A stretch of DNA of 64,000 bases from a virus (Duplodnaviria > Caudoviricetes), in the IMG/VR virus record IMGVR_UViG_3300009664_000002, positions 7,333-71,332 of that record; one strand, 5' to 3'. Of the stretch, positions 1 to 10,325 are shown in pieces. Within the stretch, counting starts at the first letter, position 1. Each line of letters starts with the position of its first letter. The notes under the pieces were generated by a model, which saw nothing but the letters and a program-made list of their open reading frames with translations, made no database searches and was not told the DNA's origin. The translations under genes and the position numbers were made by a program.

Positions 1-2
1 TA

Positions 3-2615
3 AACGAAAATCCATACAATCCTACTGATAGTATTTGTAATGATATATTTAAAACATTATTATTAAGATTTTATATATTATCACAAGCAATATTAAATAA
101 TGATTTTTATGGTGCTGATGAAAAAGTTATAAGTGTTTATGTTGATTATTTTTCTGAAGCAGAAGCAATTAACATATCATTAGCATTAAATAAAGAAAAT
201 ATTGATGTGTTGAAAACAAATATTGAAAACATAAAAACCTATAATAATTTTCGTGATAAATATCATGATTTAAAATTTGATGAAAAGAATAACATTTTTA
301 ATTTTCCTAACAATACAATAAATAAAATACCAATTACAAAAACATATGAAATTCCAATTAATAAAAATGATGATTCATATGTTGGATTAAAAATAATAAA
401 TAATCCACCAGAGATTACTGAATTAGATTTAGATTTAATTGTAAATAAATTTAAAAAAAGTAAGTTAAGTAAAAGAAAATCAATACTACCATATTTTAAA
501 TTCACTAAAGAAAATTTAATTTATTTTGAAGATAAGCCTGATAATGATAATGAAACTAAAATTGTTAGAAATATTTGTATGAACACTAGATTTTTATGTC
601 AGTTTAAAAATACATTATATATCAACAATGGTGAATATAAAAACATAGAAATTGATGATTTAATAAATCATGGTAATTTCAAAAGAAATAATAAAAATAT
701 TAAAAATTATTTTTATAATTTTGAAAATATTATAGAAACATTAGCAAGAGATTTATATTACAATGAATCGGTTATAGAAAACGAATTTAATAAGTATGAT
801 AATGATATTATTATATCGCTATTAATTTTATCTAATTTTGGTAACACATTAAGTCCTTTTAATGGTTATCCAAACCAATTAAATAATATACTTTTCAATA
901 ATGTTGGAATTATTGAAGTACCTTCTTTTGTACCATTATATATTGGTTTATTGGTAAAAATAAATAAAGAAATTAATATAAAAAATATTGTAATTAATTA
1001 TTTAACAGGAAACACAACCATAAAAAATTTTTATAATAAATATTATTATATTCTTGCCGATTTACATGATATTGATAAATATTTGTCAGAAAAGGATAAA
1101 GAAGTATTTGAAATAGAATATAACGATTTTGAAAATTTTAGTTTTAATACAATAAAAAATAGTTATTTAAAAATAATAGAAAAAAGAAAAGAAATTTACA
1201 ATAAAACAGATAGAAAACATGGCGATGTGTATAGTTATTTGTTAAATCCATCTTTTGATGGTAAAGATATTGTTGGTTATGATAATAAGGGAGAATTTTT
1301 TGATAATATCATTAAAATATTAATGGAGAGAAAATATATTGTAAATTATTATCAATCAACATTTCAACCAAAAAATTCAAATGATTTTAAAACATATTAT
1401 GAATCATTAGATGTAATTAATAACGATAACAACAAAAAAAGGATAAATATTTTATTTTTTGAAAATTTTTTTAGTAAATTAAAAAGAGAAATTGATGAAA
1501 GAAAAAAAGAATTAGAAAAGGAAGAAAAAAAATATGACGAAATTAGGGGTGATATAGATATAATAACACAAACATATTATTCATTTAAAAACATAAACGA
1601 TAAATGGTTGAGTGGTGGTAATAAAGAACAAAATGGTTATCCTTTCAACCCAAAAGGTAAAAATTTGATTGATTCTTTTGCTTTTGTTGATAGAGCAATG
1701 AATCCAATTGGTGATACTATTATTAATGTTGAAGCACTTATTGATATATTTGATAATCCAGATATTACGGTATTTACTGCATTATCACAATTATTGTCCG
1801 CAAATGGCTTTGAATTTTTTCCGTTACAAAATTTTTTAACTTTTAATACTGAAGATAGTTGGAAAGATTGTTTTAAAATGAAAACTGGTATTATACCCGA
1901 TTCACCATCTACCCATTTTGTTTGTATGTACATTGGTGGGTCATCTAGTTATCCATCAATAAACACTGATTTTTTTAAGACTGATGGTATTGTTGATTTA
2001 GAAAGTAAAGATTTAATTGATTTTAATAGAAAAAAGAATGTTAATGATTTAGATGATATTAATAGAAATATGATGGATTCAAATAAATCGTTTCCTTGGA
2101 ATCAAGTACGTGCTTTTCGTGTTAGATTTGGAGAACAAAACCAATCCATGTTTATTAACATGAAAATTGATAGTAAAGAATATCCTGAAACTAATGAAAG
2201 TATTCAAATACTTTCAAGATTAGTTGGTGATGATAAAAATTCAGCGCCAGTACCTAAAGGTCAAAATTTATATAATTTATATGAAAATAGGGCATATGGT
2301 GCGACTGTTACAATGTTAGGTAATGCAACAATACAACCAACACAATATTTTCAATTAGAAAACATACCATTGTTTAATGGTGCATATGTAATATTAAATG
2401 TTGAACATAAAATAACACCAAATAAAATGATTACTGAATTTTCGGGTACTAAAATTTTAAAATATCCAGTACCTAGAGTAATGACACCTTTAGTATATGC
2501 TGATTTGGGTCTTGATTTAACATTACAATCAAGTGGTGAATTCGTTAAAAATATATTAAATTATGAAAACAATCAATTGAAAATAAATGCTTTATATACA
2601 TTAAAAATGTCTTAA
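3..2615 (+). CDS. Large virion structural protein, 5'-truncated by the window; C-terminus resembles baseplate hub/late control D proteins
   Basis: Frame is open from nt 3 through the track start at 207. C-terminal GATVTMLGNATIQPTQYFQLENIPLFNGAYVILNVEHKIT...TEFSG pattern; directly upstream of a transglycosylase. Confidence 0.5.
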   Translation, partial: NENPYNPTDSICNDIFKTLLLRFYILSQAILNNDFYGADEKVISVYVDYFSEAEAINISLALNKENIDVLKTNIENIKTYNNFRDKYHDLKFDEKNNIFNFPNNTINKIPITKTYEIPINKNDDSYVGLKIINNPPEITELDLDLIVNKFKKSKLSKRKSILPYFKFTKENLIYFEDKPDNDNETKIVRNICMNTRFLCQFKNTLYINNGEYKNIEIDDLINHGNFKRNNKNIKNYFYNFENIIETLARDLYYNESVIENEFNKYDNDIIISLLILSNFGNTLSPFNGYPNQLNNILFNNVGIIEVPSFVPLYIGLLVKINKEINIKNIVINYLTGNTTIKNFYNKYYYILADLHDIDKYLSEKDKEVFEIEYNDFENFSFNTIKNSYLKIIEKRKEIYNKTDRKHGDVYSYLLNPSFDGKDIVGYDNKGEFFDNIIKILMERKYIVNYYQSTFQPKNSNDFKTYYESLDVINNDNNKKRINILFFENFFSKLKREIDERKKELEKEEKKYDEIRGDIDIITQTYYSFKNINDKWLSGGNKEQNGYPFNPKGKNLIDSFAFVDRAMNPIGDTIINVEALIDIFDNPDITVFTALSQLLSANGFEFFPLQNFLTFNTEDSWKDCFKMKTGIIPDSPSTHFVCMYIGGSSSYPSINTDFFKTDGIVDLESKDLIDFNRKKNVNDLDDINRNMMDSNKSFPWNQVRAFRVRFGEQNQSMFINMKIDSKEYPETNESIQILSRLVGDDKNSAPVPKGQNLYNLYENRAYGATVTMLGNATIQPTQYFQLENIPLFNGAYVILNVEHKITPNKMITEFSGTKILKYPVPRVMTPLVYADLGLDLTLQSSGEFVKNILNYENNQLKINALYTLKMS

Positions 2616-2616
2616 T

Positions 2617-3540
2617 ATGAACAATAATGAATTAGAAATAACAATTGGTGGAAAAACTTTCATTGATAATGCCTGTAGTGGAGATAATTCATTACTTAAA
2701 GGAACTAATGGTATATTACCATTTACTGAAGTAAATAAAACATGGGAAGCAAAACCAAAGGATGATAATGGAAATTTAATAAAAACAAACAAAGAATTAT
2801 GTAATTGTTTAATTATTTGGTATAATTATTTTAGTAATGTTTTTAAATTAGATGCTAATATTTTAGCAGCACAAGCATTCCAAGAATCTAAATTTGCATT
2901 ATGGAATTATCCAAAATTAAATAGAAATGGTTACAATAGTACAGCAACAGGAATAAGTCAATTTTTATTATCTACTATTTATGATGTTATTGTAATGAAT
3001 AGATATTCAAATAATAATAATGAATATAAATTTAATAAAAACGAAATTGATTTAATTACTAGTGGTTGTACTGGTGATATTAAATCAATTGATACGTTTA
3101 AAAAAACTGATTTAATAAAAATTAATAGACCAATTATTCATCAAAATGCAATGGACAATCCTAAAATAATGATAAAAGCACAATTTGTATATATGAAGTA
3201 TATATCAACATTATCTAATAATATTGCAAGTATTTGTTTATATGGATATAACAGAGGTCATATTTTAATACCTAAAAATAATATAAGTTATACGAATACA
3301 ATAAATAATACAATAAAACTAAAAGGTGTAGAATATCCAAAAGAAGGAATTGATTATGTTTATAAAATATTTAATTATTTAGGAAATCCAAAACAAGTTA
3401 ATTATACAATAGAAAAAACAAAATTTATTGGTTGTTTTGATTATAATAAACCACCACACAATATTAATTGTGATATTGATAATTTTGATTTAATTAAAGC
3501 ACAAGAAGATGAATCTTTTTTATTATATGGTGATAACTAA
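2617..3540 (+). CDS. Lytic transglycosylase (SLT-like), probably tail/baseplate-associated
   Basis: LAAQAFQESKF (catalytic Glu), STATGISQF, LYGYNRG and YVYKI motifs of the SLT fold. Confidence 0.72.
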   Translation: MNNNELEITIGGKTFIDNACSGDNSLLKGTNGILPFTEVNKTWEAKPKDDNGNLIKTNKELCNCLIIWYNYFSNVFKLDANILAAQAFQESKFALWNYPKLNRNGYNSTATGISQFLLSTIYDVIVMNRYSNNNNEYKFNKNEIDLITSGCTGDIKSIDTFKKTDLIKINRPIIHQNAMDNPKIMIKAQFVYMKYISTLSNNIASICLYGYNRGHILIPKNNISYTNTINNTIKLKGVEYPKEGIDYVYKIFNYLGNPKQVNYTIEKTKFIGCFDYNKPPHNINCDIDNFDLIKAQEDESFLLYGDN

Positions 3541-4305
3541 ATTCTTTTTAAGTTCATAAAGAGTAATAATATTATCATTAATATTATTTGTTGTATTGTT
3601 CATATCATTAATTTTCTTAATTGCTTTATCAATACGTTCGTTTAAAATTTCACTTCTATGATTTTTTAATTCATTTAATGCGTTTGTTTTTATATCATTA
3701 AAAAGATTTATTTTATCTTCATATGAATAATTAATTAATTTTTTTATTAGTTTTTTATCATCATTTTCTAACAAATTATATTTTTTATTAAATAATTTAA
3801 CTGCGATTTCAACAATGTCATTATTTAATTTTAATTTAATTGTTTCATTTACTATTTTAGGTCTTTTTAAATGATTTAAAACTGTAATCAATGATTCATG
3901 AATTAAATCCACATCAATTTCAGAATAATCACAAATTGAATTTATAATTAAATTATTAATTGATTCATATAATTTTATCTTCTTAATTTTTCCTTCGGTT
4001 AATATATTATTATTGTTTAAAAATTTAACTATTTTTTTCCTTTCATTTAAAATTTCATCTATTGTATATATTTCAAATAACTTAATATTATTATCAATAT
4101 AACGATTTGCCAATACATCATTATCAATATATTTATTTTCAATATTATTATATATTTTAAATTCTAATGTAAGAATTGGTGAATTTTTTATTATTTCAAT
4201 GTATTCCGAAATTATTCTTTTTAATTCAATGTTTTCGTTTTCGTTAATTTGATTTATTTTATTAACAATAATTGAATTTGAAATACCAATGTTAAAATTT
4301 TTCAT
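3523..4305 (-). CDS. Hypothetical protein (head module)
   Basis: 260 aa ORF downstream of portal, with TATTTATA motif upstream. Confidence 0.7.
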   Translation of the reverse strand: MKNFNIGISNSIIVNKINQINENENIELKRIISEYIEIIKNSPILTLEFKIYNNIENKYIDNDVLANRYIDNNIKLFEIYTIDEILNERKKIVKFLNNNNILTEGKIKKIKLYESINNLIINSICDYSEIDVDLIHESLITVLNHLKRPKIVNETIKLKLNNDIVEIAVKLFNKKYNLLENDDKKLIKKLINYSYEDKINLFNDIKTNALNELKNHRSEILNERIDKAIKKINDMNNTTNNINDNIITLYELKKNLVITI

Positions 4306-4387
4306 TATTAAAATGTTTAATATAAATAGTTATTTAATTAAATAATTTGATTATATTCATGTTTTTAATCAACGAAATCTTATTTTT

Positions 4388-6394
4388 TTATTCTAATAAT
4401 TCAATATTATCAATATTTACATTTAAAATATCATCATCATTATTATCAATAATTTCTTCTTGTTTATCTAAAAAAACATTAATTTCTTCAATCATATTTT
4501 TTGCTTTTAAATTTAAATTATTGTTTAATTTTGTGTTTTCGGCGATAATTTTTTTCTTTATATTATTATTTTTTTCGTTTTTTTCATCACCATAAACTAA
4601 ATTATTTACATATTTTTCAAATAGGTTTTTATCATATTTGTTTTCCATCATATTCATTCCACCCATATCATTTCCACCCATTGGCATATTACCACCACCC
4701 ATGTCCATTCCACCCATATTACCACCACCCATGTCCATTCCACCCATATTACCACCACCCATGTCCATTCCACCCATATTACCACCACCCATGTCCATTC
4801 CACTCATATCATTTCCACCCATTGACATATTTTCAGTGTTACTAGATGTTGGTGGTAAATTATCCATAGGTTCACCAAATTTTTTATCAATATCTGCAAA
4901 AAGACCAGTTTTTTTAATTAAAACAGATGCGTCTTGTAATTCTTGCATAATAACTCTTTCTAATTTTTGTTGTTTAAGGTCTTCAACAATTTCACTATCA
5001 CTCATATTCCATATTTTTCTTTTTGCGTTTGTATGCGACATTGCAGCAATACCATTTTCACCTCTTGTTAATTCGCTATATGTTTGTGCTTTATCACGTA
5101 ATAATTCTGATTTTAATAATTCTTGTTGTGTACTTGGATTTGTTAATGTTAGAGTGAAAGAATTTAAATCATCACCACTATAACCCATTAAATATAAATG
5201 GATAATTGCCATTTTATTTAATTCTTGAATTATTGCCTGTTGAATTCTATTTATTTTTTTTGCAAATCTAATATCATATTGTGCCATATTTTTACCAGCA
5301 CCCGCAGCATCTTGAAATGATAAAAATGGTTTTGGAATCCCCAATCCCACAAATAAATTATCTCTTAAATATTCAATATCTTGAATTTGGTCAAGATTAG
5401 ATGCTCCTGGTAGGGTTTCAATACCTGTTTGAACATTAGAATTTCTTACAGGTAAAAAATAGTCTTCATCATTTCCAAGTATATTAAAACTATAATCAAT
5501 TTGTCCATCATTTGGATTTACACGTGTCATTTTTTTAAATTTAGTGGCAACTTTATACATATAATCCTCAACATCATTATCATCCATATTACCAACATCA
5601 ATTTTAAACACCTTTTTTTCACCTGCTCTAATTATACGATAAGTTAACATTGCATCTTCAGCCATAACTAATTGTCTGAAAACCCTACGTACTTTATTAA
5701 GAACAGAAGAACCATAAGGCAAATACTTATCGTCACCTAATAATCTAAAGTGTGCAATTTCAAAAATATTAAATTCATCACCAGTTGTTCTTTCTTTAAA
5801 TTTAACAATTGGTTTATTGTTTTGTATTCTATCAAATCGTTCAATGTCATAATTAACTAATTGTTTTATATGTGAAATACCATGTTTACGTTCACCATAT
5901 AGTAAAACAAAATTATCACCATATTTAACTAAATTTCTAACCCAAAATGGCAAGTTTACATTAACATTTACAATATCATAAAAAAATTCATCTAATATTA
6001 ACTTTATTCTTTCTTTATTTGAATATATGTTTAACATTTTTCCGTTTATACCAATTGTTGTTGCTTCTTCCATGAATAAATCCAATGCACTTGAAATTAT
6101 TGGATAATATTCCATACCTTCATAATCTAAATATGCTGGAAGTCTTGCTGCTTCATATTGTAATGCTTTTTGAAATCCCCTTTCAGTTGTTCTAAAAAAT
6201 TTATTTTGTAGTTCTTTTTTTTGTGCAATTTCAAGTCCTTTTCTATGAACATCTGTAGGTGAAGCCCCTTTAATTATTATTTTGGGATTTTTATCAGAGT
6301 TAGATATTTCAGTATTATCAAAACCAAAACCATCAAAATTAAACAACTTGTTTAATTGTTGATATATAGTACCCCTTTCTTTTTTTGAATCCAT
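4388..6394 (-). CDS. Portal protein, T4 gp20 family
   Basis: YPIISSALDLFMEEAT, IAHFRLLGDD, EDAMLTYRIIRAGEKKVFKIDVGNM and DIEYLRDNLFVGLGIP motifs; adjacent to terminase. Confidence 0.92.
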   Translation of the reverse strand: MDSKKERGTIYQQLNKLFNFDGFGFDNTEISNSDKNPKIIIKGASPTDVHRKGLEIAQKKELQNKFFRTTERGFQKALQYEAARLPAYLDYEGMEYYPIISSALDLFMEEATTIGINGKMLNIYSNKERIKLILDEFFYDIVNVNVNLPFWVRNLVKYGDNFVLLYGERKHGISHIKQLVNYDIERFDRIQNNKPIVKFKERTTGDEFNIFEIAHFRLLGDDKYLPYGSSVLNKVRRVFRQLVMAEDAMLTYRIIRAGEKKVFKIDVGNMDDNDVEDYMYKVATKFKKMTRVNPNDGQIDYSFNILGNDEDYFLPVRNSNVQTGIETLPGASNLDQIQDIEYLRDNLFVGLGIPKPFLSFQDAAGAGKNMAQYDIRFAKKINRIQQAIIQELNKMAIIHLYLMGYSGDDLNSFTLTLTNPSTQQELLKSELLRDKAQTYSELTRGENGIAAMSHTNAKRKIWNMSDSEIVEDLKQQKLERVIMQELQDASVLIKKTGLFADIDKKFGEPMDNLPPTSSNTENMSMGGNDMSGMDMGGGNMGGMDMGGGNMGGMDMGGGNMGGMDMGGGNMPMGGNDMGGMNMMENKYDKNLFEKYVNNLVYGDEKNEKNNNIKKKIIAENTKLNNNLNLKAKNMIEEINVFLDKQEEIIDNNDDDILNVNIDNIELLE
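4660..4825 (-). repeat. 30-bp tandem repeat encoding (GGNMGGMDM)n in the portal C-terminal region
   Basis: Unit cacccatattaccaccacccatgtccattc repeated about 3 times exactly, with degenerate flanks. Confidence 0.95.
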
Positions 6395-6474
6395 AAATAT
6401 TTTATAATTAATTATAATTTTTTATAAATACTTTTAAATAATGAAAAAACATTAAATAACATTAATAAATAGTA

Positions 6475-8493
6475 TTATTTTTTTAAATCGGTAAATAACC
6501 AAGAATGTACCAAATAAGGATTTAGTGAAGACGGATTATTGGGAGATATTCTATTTTTATATTTATTTTTCATTAATTCTTCATTTACATCATTACTGGT
6601 TAGTATTGCATTAATCATTTTTTCTGGATTATAATTATTTTGTTTAAATAAAATCATTTCAAAATTTAATACATATAATCCAATGGCTAATCCCATTATA
6701 CTATCATCATGAAAAGTCCTTTTATGGTCAGCAACTCGATTACCCGCAACGGTGATAAATGTTTTTAATTCACTTAATAATCTAATTGATTGTATTTTTA
6801 TATCGCCAAGATGAATTGCTCTTTGTAATTCAAGTAAAACAGAACCTCTATTATTTCCAATAAAAAAACCTGGTATTAAATCTATATTTACAATTCTACC
6901 ATCAAATAATGTTTTTTGTGCTGATTTAATATATCCTTGTAATCTATCACGTGATGGTTTATGTGTTATTTCTGAATAATGAATATTTTCATATCCAAAT
7001 TCAAGTAATTTTTCAACAACTTGTACACCAAGACCACCAGTAATATCAATAACACAATATCCATCATTATATCTTTTTGCATACTGATAAGCAATTTCTG
7101 CTAATGTTTGTGGTTTTACTTTTCCATAATATTCAGCAACTTGAACAAGTTTATTTTTTTTAATTTTTATTTTTTGTGGTTTATTGTTTTTTGTAATAAT
7201 CTTTTCTTCAATAATTTCTTGTTTTTTTAATATGTTTATTGTTGAATAATCATCACCATGACCAGATGATGTATCAATACCAATAAGATAATCTTCACCA
7301 ATTATTGGGTCTTCCCAAATCCACATATTTAAATCAGTATATTCCTGTCTAATTGGTGGTTTAATTTCATTTTCTTCAATTCTTTTTAAATATTCTTCTG
7401 CAATGAAATTATCACCTGACCCAAGAAATGAACACATTAATTCTTGTGCTATTTTTTTCATATCACCATTAGCATCACGAATTTGTTCTTCAAACCAAGG
7501 AGAAGTTGCTTCCCAACCATCATCCATCATCATAATTCTTTTCTTATTATCCCAATTTTCATCAATTAATTGTTTTTCATTTTCTTTTCCTTTATTTTTT
7601 ATCCACATTAAATCTTTATTATATCTTGGGTCATTAAACCACCACAATTCAACTGCTTTAAAATTATTTTCGTTTCTTTTAGCACCCATAAAAGTTTTAT
7701 AAAATACAGCATCCAATCCAAATGGTGTACTAACCATAATAGCAGCACCACCTGTTTGAAGTGTTGGTCTAGCCGATGTCCAAAAAATATCACCCTTTTC
7801 TGTCCATGCCGTTTCATCCCAAAAAATTAAAGTTGGTGTCATTCCACGAAGTCCTTTTGAACTAAAAGCACCTAATCGAGAACCATTATCATATAATTTT
7901 AATTTTTGTGTGTCTTTTAGATTTTTTTCTGTTTGTCTTCCAGTTTTAGGTTTCAACCAATCAGGACAATCCTCAATAAAATTAACAACATCTGACATTA
8001 ATTCATCCTTTGCTGTTTCTAATTTATCAGCAACAATAGCAACTTGTCTATTTTCATTAAACATAATATACCATGCAATGTATGCACAAGTTGTTGTTGA
8101 TACACCAGCCTGACGATATTTATTTGCAATAACAAATTTATTTTGTAAATATATTTCAATTAAATCTTTTTGAAAGTCAAATAATTTAAATGGTATTATT
8201 TCACCATTACCATCATTTTTTGTTTGGTCAAATATTGTTAAATATTTTTCTATAAAATAAATTGGATTTAAAGCACAACGAATAATTTCATCTTCTTGTT
8301 CTGAAAAAGTTAAATCGTTTACCGTTTTTACTTTTCCTTCTTTTGTAGTTATAACAGGAATATATTTGCTTGATTTTTTTCTTAATTCAGATGCCAATCT
8401 TCTTGCATCTAACTTACTCTGTTCAAGTTGATAATTAAATGGTATTTGTGGTTCATGTTCTGGATAATTTATATTGTCTTCTTTATTATTCAT
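6475..8493 (-). CDS. terL: Terminase large subunit, T4 gp17-like
   Basis: Walker A-like NKYRQAGVSTT, Walker B LIFWDE, nuclease motifs IGIDTSSGHGDDYS and HDDSIMG. Confidence 0.95.
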   Translation of the reverse strand: MNNKEDNINYPEHEPQIPFNYQLEQSKLDARRLASELRKKSSKYIPVITTKEGKVKTVNDLTFSEQEDEIIRCALNPIYFIEKYLTIFDQTKNDGNGEIIPFKLFDFQKDLIEIYLQNKFVIANKYRQAGVSTTTCAYIAWYIMFNENRQVAIVADKLETAKDELMSDVVNFIEDCPDWLKPKTGRQTEKNLKDTQKLKLYDNGSRLGAFSSKGLRGMTPTLIFWDETAWTEKGDIFWTSARPTLQTGGAAIMVSTPFGLDAVFYKTFMGAKRNENNFKAVELWWFNDPRYNKDLMWIKNKGKENEKQLIDENWDNKKRIMMMDDGWEATSPWFEEQIRDANGDMKKIAQELMCSFLGSGDNFIAEEYLKRIEENEIKPPIRQEYTDLNMWIWEDPIIGEDYLIGIDTSSGHGDDYSTINILKKQEIIEEKIITKNNKPQKIKIKKNKLVQVAEYYGKVKPQTLAEIAYQYAKRYNDGYCVIDITGGLGVQVVEKLLEFGYENIHYSEITHKPSRDRLQGYIKSAQKTLFDGRIVNIDLIPGFFIGNNRGSVLLELQRAIHLGDIKIQSIRLLSELKTFITVAGNRVADHKRTFHDDSIMGLAIGLYVLNFEMILFKQNNYNPEKMINAILTSNDVNEELMKNKYKNRISPNNPSSLNPYLVHSWLFTDLKK

Positions 8494-8558
8494 AAAATCA
8501 GTTTATTATAAATACTTTTATGAATAAAAAAGATTGAAACGTATTTCAATTGTTTGTT

Positions 8559-9041
8559 TTATATATCAATTGAAGATACTTCAACAAATTCATTGTTTTT
8601 TAAAATTATTTTTCTCGAATTTAATAATTCTTTTATTTTATATAAAGACATTCCATAATGAAAGACTAATAATGGAATATCATCTTCATCTGAAAACATT
8701 TTATCATAATCAGAAAATCCATCTAAATTATCTGGTGGGTTTTCATTTTCGTATGCTAATGCATGTATTGTATGATAACCATGCATATATGGTCTATCTA
8801 CCGCTTCATGTAAACAAATCAAATCAAATGATTTTGTTTTTAAATTAAAAACAGCATCAATATATTCTTCTGTTGGTGGTGTTGCATTATCAACAGCAGG
8901 ACTTAAATCCCAACACCAACCTTCAACATCAATATTTGTTGGATTATTGGAAAAAATAAATTCATATAATCCCTCACCCTTTGTATTATACCCTATTTTA
9001 AGAACATATATTAACTTTAATTTATTTTCATCGTTTTTCAT
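8559..9041 (-). CDS. Hypothetical protein
   Basis: 160 aa ORF, co-oriented with terL. Confidence 0.7.
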   Translation of the reverse strand: MKNDENKLKLIYVLKIGYNTKGEGLYEFIFSNNPTNIDVEGWCWDLSPAVDNATPPTEEYIDAVFNLKTKSFDLICLHEAVDRPYMHGYHTIHALAYENENPPDNLDGFSDYDKMFSDEDDIPLLVFHYGMSLYKIKELLNSRKIILKNNEFVEVSSIDI

Positions 9042-9094
9042 TTGGTATTATTATTGTAATAGGATTATTTTTCCAGAAATTTATTCCTTCATCA

Positions 9095-9295
9095 CTATTG
9101 TTGAAAAATAAAAAAAAAATCACCATGTTGTTTTTTTATTTCATTCATTTTTTTTATATTTTCTTTATTATTTCTAAAATCAACAGTAATATAATTAAGT
9201 GGATATATTATTCCCTTATCATCTTTATATGAATATGTTATTAATCCTTTTGAAAATTCTGAAGTTTCTTTTATTTTTTTATATATTTTTTTCAT
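9095..9295 (-). CDS. Hypothetical protein
   Basis: Small ORF in a co-oriented run. Confidence 0.5.
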   Translation of the reverse strand: MKKIYKKIKETSEFSKGLITYSYKDDKGIIYPLNYITVDFRNNKENIKKMNEIKKQHGDFFFIFQQ

Positions 9296-9301
9296 ATCTT
9301 T

Positions 9302-9520
9302 TTAATTGTTTAATGAATTTATTGGTTTATAATAGGAAAAATTAATTCTTTTTTTATAAATATTTGAATTATTATAACATTTAGGTTTAAAGAAAAAATG
9401 CTTTATTTTTAAAAATAAATTTTTCCATTTATTAGCATACCATACTGTTTCACTATTTACCATAGTTTCAGCAATTTTAAATTCAAATGGTATATAAACG
9501 ATACTATTATTTTTCAACAT
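9302..9520 (-). CDS. Hypothetical protein
   Basis: Small ORF in a co-oriented run. Confidence 0.55.
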   Translation of the reverse strand: MLKNNSIVYIPFEFKIAETMVNSETVWYANKWKNLFLKIKHFFFKPKCYNNSNIYKKRINFSYYKPINSLNN

Positions 9521-9572
9521 ATAATATATTATTTATTATTTAACTGTTTATTGTTTTTATGCAATTATAAAA

Positions 9573-9806
9573 TTATAACTCGCAATCAAGTAATTCATTT
9601 TTAATTTCATTTTTCCAAATTTGTTTCATTCTACTACGAGAATAAAACTTACAAATATTTTCCCACCAATTAATATAACCCTTTTGAGGATTTACATTTC
9701 TTTTCCAACCACCAGAATCTTGTAATTTTTTTTCTTCTTCCTTTATTTTAACAATTTTATTAAAATAGTATGTTCTTATATTTACAATTTTTTTCTTTAA
9801 TGTCAT
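9573..9806 (-). CDS. Hypothetical protein
   Basis: Small ORF in a co-oriented run. Confidence 0.55.
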   Translation of the reverse strand: MTLKKKIVNIRTYYFNKIVKIKEEEKKLQDSGGWKRNVNPQKGYINWWENICKFYSRSRMKQIWKNEIKNELLDCEL

Positions 9807-9851
9807 ATAATAATATCACCAAAAAATTTTTATCACAAATTTCCATTTTCA

Positions 9852-10247
9852 TTAAAAATTATATATTTTATTTACATGATATATTATGGTTGATAATGCC
9901 AAATCATTTGCTATTAATATTCTTGATAATTTTATTTCTGTTTTTCTTTTTAAATACCAAGAAATTAAATATATTACAAAAATAAACAAATTTAAATAAA
10001 AATTAAAAAAATAATTAAATAGTAGAAAAAAATAAAAAATAAAATGGGTTATTATTTTTGTAAATATTGCTCTTGATTCACATACAAGAGTATTATCTTC
10101 CATAAATATTCTGAATAATTTTAAATATTCAACCCAATCAATATCTTCATTGTTTTCACCAAAAATTCTTTTGAATTCCTTCATTTCATTTTTTTTCGAA
10201 CCATTGATATATGTTCTATGTAATTTAAACATAATTTTTATTTTCAT
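9852..10247 (-). CDS. Hypothetical membrane protein
   Basis: Hydrophobic stretch IITHFIFYFFLLFNYFFNFYLNLFIFVIYLISW; TGTAAC-N16-CGTA motif upstream. Confidence 0.6.
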   Translation of the reverse strand: MKIKIMFKLHRTYINGSKKNEMKEFKRIFGENNEDIDWVEYLKLFRIFMEDNTLVCESRAIFTKIITHFIFYFFLLFNYFFNFYLNLFIFVIYLISWYLKRKTEIKLSRILIANDLALSTIIYHVNKIYNF

Positions 10248-10273
10248 ATACGAAAAATTGAAATTATTGTTAC

Positions 10274-10301
10274 AAAAAAAAACCCGAAAAATTTCGGGTT
10301 T
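10274..10301 (-). terminator. Intrinsic terminator after 10326..12545
   Basis: aaacccgaaa/tttcgggttt hairpin with a U9 tail on the minus strand. Confidence 0.85.
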
Positions 10302-10325
10302 AAATAAACAAGAATTTCTATTTTT

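Noticed and set aside
4638-5183. ORF 4638..5183 (+) with PPMSIPP repeats
   Set aside because: Antisense shadow of the portal Gly/Met repeat.
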